Assembly (NCBI GenBank): GCA_005880855.1
Contig: VBGM01000091.1
Location: forward strand, 1 to 15,249
Origin: Chloroflexota bacterium
GTDB lineage: Bacteria; Chloroflexota; Dormibacteria; Dormibacterales; Dormibacteraceae
DNA length: 15,249 nt
Reading direction: 5' to 3'
The position numbers and the translations under genes are program-made. The notes under the pieces were generated by a model. The model saw nothing but the letters and a program-made list of their open reading frames with translations. It did no database searches and was not told where the DNA came from. This document shows, piece by piece, positions 6,912 through 14,055 of this stretch. How positions within the stretch are numbered: position 1 is the first letter of the stretch; every line of letters begins with the position of its first letter.

Positions 6912-7439
6912 GTGAGCTTCGCGCCGGTTGTGGTCCGCGACGTCAGCGCTGATGATGAGCACGAGTTCCTGCTCTTGCTCGAGCCCCTCCTGCCGACGGC
7001 GCACCGGCTCGCGCTTGGGCTGCTTCGCTCTCAATCGGACGCTGAGGACGCGGTTCAGAGCGCCGTCCTGAACGCCTGGCGCCACTTCGGACAGTTTCGG
7101 CGCGGCTCCGATCTCAAGCCATGGCTGCTCACGATCGTCGCCAACGAATGTCGCCGCCAGCGCCGGAACCGCTGGTGGTCGGTGATCAAAGGGGCTGGAC
7201 TCGCCGGCGACCCAGAAAGGGAGTCGGGTGCGGCCGATCCCGCGATCACCGACCTGCGCCGCGCCCTGTACCGCCTTCCCCACGACCAGCGACTCGTCGT
7301 CATCCTTCGCTACTACCTCGATCTCTCGTTCGAAGAGATCGCCCAAACGACTGGAATTTCCACCAAGGCCGCCAAGTCGCGAACCTATCGCGCACTGGAG
7401 CGGCTGCGACTCAGCCCGGAGGTGAGCCCCGATGAATGA
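6912..7439 (+). CDS. ECF (extracytoplasmic function) RNA polymerase sigma factor
   Basis: The 175-aa product has sigma-70 region 2 (DAEDAVQSAVLNAWRHFGQFRRGSDLKPWLLTIVANECRRQ) and region 4 (LPHDQRLVVILRYYLDLSFEEIAQTTGISTKAAKSRTYRALERLR). GTG start. The stop overlaps the downstream gene by 8 nt. Confidence 0.85.
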   Translation: MSFAPVVVRDVSADDEHEFLLLLEPLLPTAHRLALGLLRSQSDAEDAVQSAVLNAWRHFGQFRRGSDLKPWLLTIVANECRRQRRNRWWSVIKGAGLAGDPERESGAADPAITDLRRALYRLPHDQRLVVILRYYLDLSFEEIAQTTGISTKAAKSRTYRALERLRLSPEVSPDE

Positions 7440-8910
7440 CACCGAGATCCGTGAGCGCTTGCGGGAGGCCGTGGGCGAAGCACCGTATCCACACGATCTT
7501 CCGATCCGGGTTCAGGCCGAGCTCAGGGCGCCTCGTCCTCGACCGACGCATCCGCGCGCGATCGGGCTCATCGCAGCCCTGCTGGCCATCGCCGTCGTGG
7601 CGGCCCTCTTTGGGCCTCGATTGCTGACGCAACGAACCGTGGTGCCGCAGCCTCGGCCGGCGGCATCGCCGGTCACTCAAACCTCGGCGGTCCCGGCTGA
7701 AGACCTCGTTGCCGCACACCTGACGGCAGTGGCGAAGCTCGTGCAGCCCCTTCATCTCCAGGCGCAAAGCGGCAGCCAGCGAATCGACCTGATCGCGGCC
7801 TACGCCGATGCGGCCCGCACCGTGTTGTTCTTCCACATGACTCCCGATACCGGCCTTCCGATAGCCTCGATCGACGACGCCTACGGTTTTCTGAACGCGT
7901 CGAGCTCAGGCTCGCGGGGAGTGCCGGGGGACTACGTTTCCGTTCTCGACGCCGGGCCGCGGCCCGGCATCGATGGCATCGCCCACCTCAAGGTATCGAT
8001 CATGGGCGTGCAGCCGATGGGTCCCGGCGCATCCATCCAGGGCCACTGGACGTTTTCGCCCGACGTCCACGTGCAAGGGTCGCAGCCGATCGGATCCTAC
8101 CCTCTGCACTTTGCCCTCGGCTCGTGGAAGGTCACGCTCGAAGTGGTCGAGCTCACCCCTAGCGTCGTCCATGTGCAGGCCCTCATCGACGGGGCGACGG
8201 TTGGCGACGTGGAGCAGCAGTTCATGACCCTCCTCGACCCGTCCGGGCATGAGGTGGGGCAGATCGCAGGCGGTGCCAGCGTGACCGTGCCCAAGTCGCA
8301 GCTGAACTCGACTACATACAAGAGCACCCGGGTCAACGACCAGTGGGAGCGCCCGGCGGCAGCGGGCACGTACCACCTTCGGGTGGAGGGCAACAACGCG
8401 TCCCACGTGGTGAGCCTGGACATCCCCGCCCCAGCGGATTCGCTCGGCAAGGGGACCTCGGGGGGACTCCAGCCCACCGACTTTCGAGCGGCTCCTGAAT
8501 CGTTGACCCTGCAAGGGGCGCTGGCGACAACGATCACCACCGGGCGACCGTCCATGTGCGGCGCCGGCAGCGGACCCGACGGAATCATGCTGTTCGCGTT
8601 CGCGACCTATTTCGAGGCTAACGGCAACTGGTACTGGCTCCTGTTGAGCACCGATCCGAGCGTCCAGACATACAAGGGACCGGGAACCTACACGATCCCC
8701 GCCTACCTCTACACGGTCGGACCATTGGGCCCCGACCAGCCGCTGTACAAGGGGACCGCCCAGCTCACCGTGGGCAGGGCCCAGTTTCCAGACTTCGATG
8801 GCAGCGTCCGGGCCACTCTGAATGGCCTCGAGATCGTCGGTGCGCAGTCCCAGGTCACTGTCAGCGGCGACTGGACCTGCCACTTCACTCCAAACCTGGG
8901 CCCTGCCTAA
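7432..8910 (+). CDS. Putative anti-sigma factor or sensor: short cytoplasmic N-terminus, one TM helix, about 430-aa extracytoplasmic region ending in a domain paralogous to the lipoprotein at 5132-5638
   Basis: ATG overlaps the sigma gene stop (ATGAATGA). TM helix AIGLIAALLAIAVVAALFG at aa ~45-63. No zinc-binding anti-sigma motif (HxxxCxxC). The C-terminal ~150 aa (SMCGAGSG…GPGTYT…SGDWTCHF) align with the lipoprotein. Confidence 0.65.
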   Translation: MNDTEIRERLREAVGEAPYPHDLPIRVQAELRAPRPRPTHPRAIGLIAALLAIAVVAALFGPRLLTQRTVVPQPRPAASPVTQTSAVPAEDLVAAHLTAVAKLVQPLHLQAQSGSQRIDLIAAYADAARTVLFFHMTPDTGLPIASIDDAYGFLNASSSGSRGVPGDYVSVLDAGPRPGIDGIAHLKVSIMGVQPMGPGASIQGHWTFSPDVHVQGSQPIGSYPLHFALGSWKVTLEVVELTPSVVHVQALIDGATVGDVEQQFMTLLDPSGHEVGQIAGGASVTVPKSQLNSTTYKSTRVNDQWERPAAAGTYHLRVEGNNASHVVSLDIPAPADSLGKGTSGGLQPTDFRAAPESLTLQGALATTITTGRPSMCGAGSGPDGIMLFAFATYFEANGNWYWLLLSTDPSVQTYKGPGTYTIPAYLYTVGPLGPDQPLYKGTAQLTVGRAQFPDFDGSVRATLNGLEIVGAQSQVTVSGDWTCHFTPNLGPA

Positions 8911-8918
8911 GAAGGCGA

Positions 8919-8941
8919 GAGGGCGGCATCGCGCCGCCCTC
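8919..8941. terminator. Perfect 9-bp GC hairpin (GAGGGCGGC-ATCGC-GCCGCCCTC) between convergent genes. Candidate bidirectional terminator.
   Basis: Inverted repeat read directly, 9 nt after the anti-sigma stop. The flotillin side is moderately U-rich after the stem (UCGCCUUCUUAGG). No plus-strand T-tract. Confidence 0.4.
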
Positions 8942-8958
8942 CCTGTCGAATTCGGCGC

Positions 8959-10974
8959 TCAGTGGGCTGAGCCGCGCTGCCCCTTACTGCCGTGTCGCGG
9001 CGATTCCAGGGCCGCGACCGGCTTTGATGGCGACTTGCCGTTCATGCCCCGCATGAGCGACGCCGCCAGCCCTTCGAACGCGTTCCCGCCGCCGGTGACC
9101 AGCACCTCCGGCATCACATTCAGCTTGCCCTCCGAGACGGCGTTCGCGATCGCAACTGCCGCCGTCGGCCCAGAGCCGAGGCTTGCTACCTGCGCGTCAT
9201 AGCCTTTGGCGCGGGCGAGCCCCAGCGCCTCCGCCGCCGCCGCCTCGCCAAGACCGATCGCCCGCCGTCGCGAACCTTCCGCCGCACCGGTCAGCTCGAC
9301 GTACGCTGCCTCGCCGTCCGCCTCCGCCTTGCGGGCGTCGGCGCGGGCACGGTTGATGTCCACCGAAACCTGAGCCTGGGCCAGGGCTGCCTGCATGTCA
9401 GCGGTGCCTCGGGCCTTCTCGAGATCGATCCGAATGGTCTGCGCATCCTTCTGCTGCAGGTAGGTCGCCTTCTCCTGGTTCGCGATCTCACGGCGCGTGA
9501 GAACGCCGACGAGCTCGTCAGGGAACGTGACGTCCTGGATGTAGACGCCGCGAGTCTCCACCTCGTACGCAGCGAGGTATCTCGACACCGCGTCGAACGC
9601 GGCTGACTGCACCGCGTCGCGCGTCTCGATGAAGCGGATCGCTTCCAGACCCTGCAGCGTGTTGCGGAAGTGGTTGCCGACCGCCGCCTGGAGGACCTCG
9701 TTGACGAGGTTCTGCATGGAACCCACCATCGAGATCACCTTTGGCGCCTTCGTGTCGGGCACGTGAATCTGCACCTGCAGGTCGATCTTGAAGACGAAGC
9801 CCTCACGGCTCTTGCCCTCGATGGGGCTGAGCTGCGCGTCAAGGTTGTGGGCGACCGAGCTGGCGTTGGCCCAGTTCAGCGTGAGGATGAAGGTGGGAAC
9901 CTTCTCGGCCGCGTAGATGCGCGGGTTGAGCGGGTACTTGCCCGTCCGCAACGCCTCGCGCCAGATGCCTCGATGCCCTGGCTGCACGATCGAGCCCAAC
10001 TTGAACTCGGGCCCCGACGTGTCGAGTGTGGGCAGCCCCACGTAGCTCTTGATCACGGCCACCTCGCCCTGGTTGACCACCAGCATCCGCGCCGGCTCGA
10101 CGCGGACGAGGAACGGGTTCAGAAGGTAGGCGCCGTACAGCAGCGGGTCGTGCTGGAGCCCGATCCGGCCGCCGCTGTCCACGAAAGCCTGGAAGTCCTG
10201 GTAGTTGTTGTGCAGCTGGTTCTTGGCGCCGAGAAGCGCCTCTATCAGCTCCGAGTCGGTGACGTCAGGCTGGACCTCCAGGTCCTCGATGTCCTTGAAG
10301 GCGCCGATCCGCCCGGCAATGTCCGCGGGCGGCAGAGGCTCGCCGTCGAGCGTGGTCACGATGCCGACCACGTCCTGGTCGCCCTCGGGCGCGATCACCG
10401 TGACCCGAAGCTGCTTCGGCGTCAGCCCGAACGACTCTGGCGTCAGGGGGCCCGCGGCCATGACGGTGCGGTTGATGGGCAGGCCGTACGTCTTGGTCGC
10501 CGTGACCACTAGGAACGCCACGGGGTGGATCGGAACCAGGCTGCCAGGAGGTAGCACGGGCCGCTGGACACCCTTTTGGCCGCCGTTCTCGAGAAAGCCG
10601 CGAAGGTTGGTGAAGTTGGCGAACTCCGGCCGGTAGACCGCCGACTTGGCGCCGGTCGGCAGGCGCTCGCCGATCTGCGAGATCACCACGCCGATCTCGC
10701 CCGCCGGCACCTGCACCCACGGGTGCTTGGCGATCGCATACCTCGGCCACAGCTTGAATCTGACACCTGGCATGAGCAAAGCCGACTGGTAACCGGCCTC
10801 GCCATCGAAGGCGATGGGGGTGTCCGTGGTGTTGTGGTGGTGCGAGAAGCGCTTGACGACCAGGCCGACCTGCGCCGGTCCGATCACGATCACCGACCTC
10901 GCCACCACCACGAGCGCCACCATCGCGACCACGACCGCAACGAACTCGCCGAATACGATCCAAAACGTATTCAT
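8959..10974 (-). CDS. Flotillin-family SPFH/band-7 protein (FloT/YqiK-like)
   Basis: The 671-aa product has an N-terminal TM helix (FWIVFGEFVAVVVAMVALVVVA) and a long SPFH region. The C-terminus has the Ala/Glu-rich coiled region typical of flotillins (ARADARKAEADGEAAYVELTGAAEGSRRRAIGLGEAAAAEALGLARAKGYDAQ). Confidence 0.85.
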   Translation of the reverse strand: MNTFWIVFGEFVAVVVAMVALVVVARSVIVIGPAQVGLVVKRFSHHHNTTDTPIAFDGEAGYQSALLMPGVRFKLWPRYAIAKHPWVQVPAGEIGVVISQIGERLPTGAKSAVYRPEFANFTNLRGFLENGGQKGVQRPVLPPGSLVPIHPVAFLVVTATKTYGLPINRTVMAAGPLTPESFGLTPKQLRVTVIAPEGDQDVVGIVTTLDGEPLPPADIAGRIGAFKDIEDLEVQPDVTDSELIEALLGAKNQLHNNYQDFQAFVDSGGRIGLQHDPLLYGAYLLNPFLVRVEPARMLVVNQGEVAVIKSYVGLPTLDTSGPEFKLGSIVQPGHRGIWREALRTGKYPLNPRIYAAEKVPTFILTLNWANASSVAHNLDAQLSPIEGKSREGFVFKIDLQVQIHVPDTKAPKVISMVGSMQNLVNEVLQAAVGNHFRNTLQGLEAIRFIETRDAVQSAAFDAVSRYLAAYEVETRGVYIQDVTFPDELVGVLTRREIANQEKATYLQQKDAQTIRIDLEKARGTADMQAALAQAQVSVDINRARADARKAEADGEAAYVELTGAAEGSRRRAIGLGEAAAAEALGLARAKGYDAQVASLGSGPTAAVAIANAVSEGKLNVMPEVLVTGGGNAFEGLAASLMRGMNGKSPSKPVAALESPRHGSKGQRGSAH

Positions 10975-11040
10975 TTGTCCGCCTCGCTGGGCGCTTCGCT
11001 GCGCCCTCTCAATGACCGCTTCGAAGAAGCGATCGATTAG

Positions 11041-11069
11041 TTATTTATTCCCAAAGGGCGCGCTGGACA
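11041..11069 (-). promoter_or_regulatory. Candidate sigma-70-type promoter for the flotillin gene: -35 TTGTCC, 17-nt spacer, -10 TAAATA, read on the minus strand.
   Basis: Local AT-rich island (ATTAGTTATTTATTCCCAAAGGG) in an otherwise ~70% GC region. Spacing checked by hand. About 90-nt leader to ATG 10974. Confidence 0.3.
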
Positions 11070-11105
11070 AGCAAAAATCGGAGTGGGGAGGAGGCGATTT
11101 CAGCT

Positions 11106-11510
11106 CTAGTTGGCGCCCGACGCCGAGGCGGCGATCTGGGCGGCCACGTGGGCGTTGCCGACGGCTGTCACCGTGAGCAGGACGACCGACCCTTGCAGCG
11201 TCCGGGCGACGATGTCGAGGCACCGCTCCGCGCGCTCGCCGGGGTGGTTCTGGCGGTAGCGCAAGGAGATGACGACGGCCACCGCCATCCCCGCGACCAC
11301 CGTGAGCTTGAGGAGGAGGAAGAGCCCCGCGCCGCCCACCATGAGGATGAACGCTGCGAACTGGTTGGTCTCGACGCCGCCGCCAAGACGATCGACCTCG
11401 GTGGTGACGAGGTCGGCGATCTGGGCCAAGGCCAGCATTCCGACCCAAACCATGAGCAGGCGTCCGCCGTATCTGGACCTCCGAACCTCGCCTGGGGCCG
11501 ATAGTTGCAC
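11106..11510 (-). CDS. Small three-TM-helix membrane protein (DUF5658-like, recalled from memory) immediately upstream of the flotillin gene
   Basis: The 134-aa product has three hydrophobic helices and a D..TT…G.E.N motif (IADLVTTEVDRLGGGVETNQFAAF). Same strand and position as NfeD-type flotillin partners, but no OB-fold domain. Confidence 0.5.
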   Translation of the reverse strand: MQLSAPGEVRRSRYGGRLLMVWVGMLALAQIADLVTTEVDRLGGGVETNQFAAFILMVGGAGLFLLLKLTVVAGMAVAVVISLRYRQNHPGERAERCLDIVARTLQGSVVLLTVTAVGNAHVAAQIAASASGAN

Positions 11511-11525
11511 GCGGGCGCCGAGCGG

Positions 11526-11642
11526 TTACTTCTTTTTCTGGGCGTTGCTGATGCGCGCGGCGCGAGTCTTGCTCATGCCCTTCCGCTTCAGCGCCTCATA
11601 TGTCTTCGGGTTCTTGATCGACGAACTTCTCCTGCCCGGCAT
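11526..11642 (-). CDS. Small basic protein (38 aa, MPGRRSSSIKNPKTYEALKRKGMSKTRAARISNAQKKK). Conserved actinobacterial N-terminal module of unknown function.
   Basis: Internal ATG of track ORF 11526..11717, preceded by AGGAG 6 nt upstream. The MPGRKSSSIKDP…KAARISNA motif is recalled from Streptomyces and Mycobacterium small proteins. The longer GTG-initiated form (11717) has no ribosome-binding site. Confidence 0.45.
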   Translation of the reverse strand: MPGRRSSSIKNPKTYEALKRKGMSKTRAARISNAQKKK

Positions 11643-11849
11643 GGCTAGCTCCTGCTGAGTGAAAAGTGAGAGAACCCCTCCCTCTCCTTCAGCAACGCGC
11701 CAGGCCGGGGCGGGCACCCGTAGAAAGCAACGTCAAAAATCGCCGAGCGCCGCGGGCGATTCCGCACGTCTGACGCCAGCGGGTCGCTACAACTTCCGGT
11801 CGTGCGCACGTTTGGCGCCAACCGGTCGTTTACGGTGACCAAACCATTC

Positions 11850-12947
11850 ATGGCGTGGAACATGCAAGACCTGGCCGCGCAGCGACTTCGTGCTCAGCGG
11901 CTGATCGGCCGGCCTTTCCCATCGCCGGTGGACGCGGTACGCCGCTTGACCGCTGTGCAGTCCCAGGACTATCCCGCCGCCAAATGGGCGCTCGGGCAGC
12001 GCAGCCGAGGCGCGACCGACGCGGAGATCGATCGTCTATTCGACAGCGGAGAGATCATTCGCACCCACGTCCTGCGCCCCACATGGCATTTCGTGCTGCC
12101 CGAGGACATCGGGTGGATGCTCGACCTGACCGCACCGAGGATCCGGCAGGGTCTTGTCGCGCGCCATCGCCAGCTCGAGCTCGATGGCAGGACGATCGCC
12201 CGCGCGAGCGAGGCGTTTGCCAGGGCTTTGGCCGGCGGCCGGCACCTGACGCGGCCAGAGCTGGGTCGGGCTCTGCGCGCCGCCAGGATCTCGCCCGAGG
12301 GCCAGCGCCTCCCGCACATGATCATGCTGGCCGAGCTCGACGGGATGATCGCCAGCGGGCCTCGGCGCGAAAAGCAGTTCACTTACGCGCTGCTGGACGA
12401 ACGGGTGCGCAAGTCGCGAAACCTGGAGCGCGCCGACGCGGTCGCCGAGCTGACGCGGCGGTACTTCCAGAGCCATGGTCCCGCGCAGCTTCAGGACTTC
12501 GTGTGGTGGTCGGGGCTCACCATGTCTGACGCCCGCGCCGGCATCAAAGTGGCCGCCGCTTCTCTCGCACACGTTGCGATGGACGGCAGGGATTACTGGT
12601 TCGACGCCGATGCTCGCACGGGGCGGCTGGCTTCGCCTGTGGGCCATTTGCTCCCCAACTTCGATGAGTACACGGTGGCGTACCGCGACCGGTCCAGCCT
12701 TGTCCACCCGGACAGCCCGTTCGAGCCGGGACTTTTCGCGCTCGGCAGCATCCTGTCCAACGTCGTCACCATCGACGGGCGCGTGAAGGGCGCCTGGCGC
12801 AAGACGTCAGCCGGAGTAGGGGTGAAGGTCGAGGTTCGCGTCATGAAGCCTTTCGAAAACCACGAGGTTGCGGCGGTCGAAGAGGCTGGACGTCGCATGA
12901 GCCGATTTCTGGAACGGCCGGCGGTGGTCGCGTTCCAGAAACGGTGA
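11850..12947 (+). CDS. Winged-helix (HTH_42, DUF1006) protein of the AlkZ/YcaQ DNA glycosylase family (interstrand-crosslink or alkyl-lesion repair)
   Basis: The product has the family's N-terminal Q-x-Q catalytic-type motif (RRLTAVQSQDYPAAKWAL) and HTH_42-like regions (…RTHVLRPTWHFV…, …QFTYALLDE…). Start is uncertain: GTG 11802, ATG 11850 or ATG 11862. The 11850 start was chosen by family N-terminus length. Confidence 0.6.
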   Translation: MAWNMQDLAAQRLRAQRLIGRPFPSPVDAVRRLTAVQSQDYPAAKWALGQRSRGATDAEIDRLFDSGEIIRTHVLRPTWHFVLPEDIGWMLDLTAPRIRQGLVARHRQLELDGRTIARASEAFARALAGGRHLTRPELGRALRAARISPEGQRLPHMIMLAELDGMIASGPRREKQFTYALLDERVRKSRNLERADAVAELTRRYFQSHGPAQLQDFVWWSGLTMSDARAGIKVAAASLAHVAMDGRDYWFDADARTGRLASPVGHLLPNFDEYTVAYRDRSSLVHPDSPFEPGLFALGSILSNVVTIDGRVKGAWRKTSAGVGVKVEVRVMKPFENHEVAAVEEAGRRMSRFLERPAVVAFQKR

Positions 12948-12985
12948 TACCGCCATCCTGACAGCGGACCCTTAGACTCCCGCCT

Positions 12986-13672
12986 GTGGCTGATGAGATC
13001 CCGCCGGCCGGGCGCGAAGGCGCCGCTTCCAAGCTGCAGATCCTCGCGACCGAGCACTGGAGCCTCCTCGCGACTCGATCGCTGACCTACAACGAGTCAC
13101 TGAGCAGGGTCACGATATTCCTGGCCATCCTGTCCGGCGCGTTGATCGCGCTCGCCCTGGTCGCGCAGGCTGATCGCTTCGGCGAGACTTTCGTCGCCAT
13201 CGCCATTCCCATGCTCCTGGTGGTCTTGTTCGCCGGCATCGCGACCATCTCGCGGTTGATGAGGCTGAATCGCGACGACCATCGGTGGGTGGTTGGCATG
13301 AACAGGATTCGGGCCGCGTACATCGAGCTGCATCCGGAGCTGGAGGCCCACTTCATCGCGAGTCCTTATGACGACTTGCGCGGCGCCCTTCAGACATTGG
13401 GCATCGATGACATAGGTACCGGCGGAGGAGTTGGGTCGGTGTTCCACCTGCTGCAGACACTGCCGGGAATGCTCTCGGTCATCCTCGCGGCGGTCATCGG
13501 CGCCATCGCTGCGCTTACGGCGCGAGCATTCGGTAGCCCACCACTCGGCATGGTGCTGGCGGCAGCGGCGGGATTCGCGCTCGGAGTAACGCTCTTTGTC
13601 GTGTGGAACCGACGATCGGTGACTCGCGTGGCCCCGATCCTCGAGCCGCGATTCCCGTCACCGCGCGGCTGA
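12986..13672 (+). CDS. Hypothetical integral membrane protein (about 4 TM helices)
   Basis: GTG-initiated 228-aa ORF, 38 nt downstream of the AlkZ-like gene. Hydrophobic helices VTIFLAILSGALIALALVA, FVAIAIPMLLVVLFAGIATI, LPGMLSVILAAVIGAIAALTA and LGMVLAAAAGFALGVTLFVVW. No recognisable motif. Confidence 0.5.
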   Translation: MADEIPPAGREGAASKLQILATEHWSLLATRSLTYNESLSRVTIFLAILSGALIALALVAQADRFGETFVAIAIPMLLVVLFAGIATISRLMRLNRDDHRWVVGMNRIRAAYIELHPELEAHFIASPYDDLRGALQTLGIDDIGTGGGVGSVFHLLQTLPGMLSVILAAVIGAIAALTARAFGSPPLGMVLAAAAGFALGVTLFVVWNRRSVTRVAPILEPRFPSPRG

Positions 13673-13681
13673 GGAATTTAG

Positions 13682-13996
13682 CTACCCCGGAGGCGTCTTC
13701 TTCTTGATCGCTTTGTCCACCTCGTCTCCGAGCTCGCGGAAGGTCTGCGCCAGGGCGGTGCCAAACGATCGTGCGGTTTGCTTCGTGGTGGCCCGCACCT
13801 GCGGGTCACGCGTCGCCGTTTCCAATGAAGCGAAAAATGTTTCGGCGGCCTTCCCGAGCTGCCGCAGTGAGCGATCGATCTCGGCGGCTTTCTTGTCGTC
13901 GTCCGAACTCTTGTAGCTTCGGCGCAGCTCGCCGGCGAGGTGTTGCGCGTCGGCCGTGAATCGGTCCCAGGCCTCTTTGCTCTTGGTTTCGGTCAT
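13682..13996 (-). CDS. Small charged alpha-helical protein of unknown function (104 aa), downstream of the ParA-like ATPase gene
   Basis: Internal ATG at 13996 with a perfect AAGGAG ribosome-binding site 8 nt upstream. The longer track ORF start (14044) has none. Product: MTETKSKEAWDRFTADAQHLAGELRRSYKSSDDDKKAAEIDRSLRQLGKAAETFF…. Confidence 0.55.
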   Translation of the reverse strand: MTETKSKEAWDRFTADAQHLAGELRRSYKSSDDDKKAAEIDRSLRQLGKAAETFFASLETATRDPQVRATTKQTARSFGTALAQTFRELGDEVDKAIKKKTPPG

Positions 13997-14055
13997 GTCT
14001 CGATCTCCTTCTCCATCCAGCCTACTCGTGTGCTCCGCCGCCATCGGTTGCCTGA

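Noticed and set aside
7906-8883. 325-aa minus-strand ORF antisense to the anti-sigma ectodomain gene, plus 8097..8588
   Set aside because: Low-complexity translation. It overlaps a frame whose product aligns with the independently encoded lipoprotein, which supports the plus frame.
9670-10963. Antisense or alternate-frame ORFs (9670..10512 plus strand, 10265..10963 minus strand, 10205..10636 plus strand) within the flotillin gene
   Set aside because: The flotillin frame has unambiguous SPFH and EA-repeat features. The others are His/Arg/Asp-rich artefacts.
11041-11510. Overlapping ORFs 11041..11448 (minus strand), 11148..11504 (plus strand), 11168..11386 (minus strand) and 11269..11658 (plus strand)
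   Set aside because: Only the 11106..11510 minus frame gives three clean hydrophobic helices. The rest are Arg/Pro-rich alternate frames.
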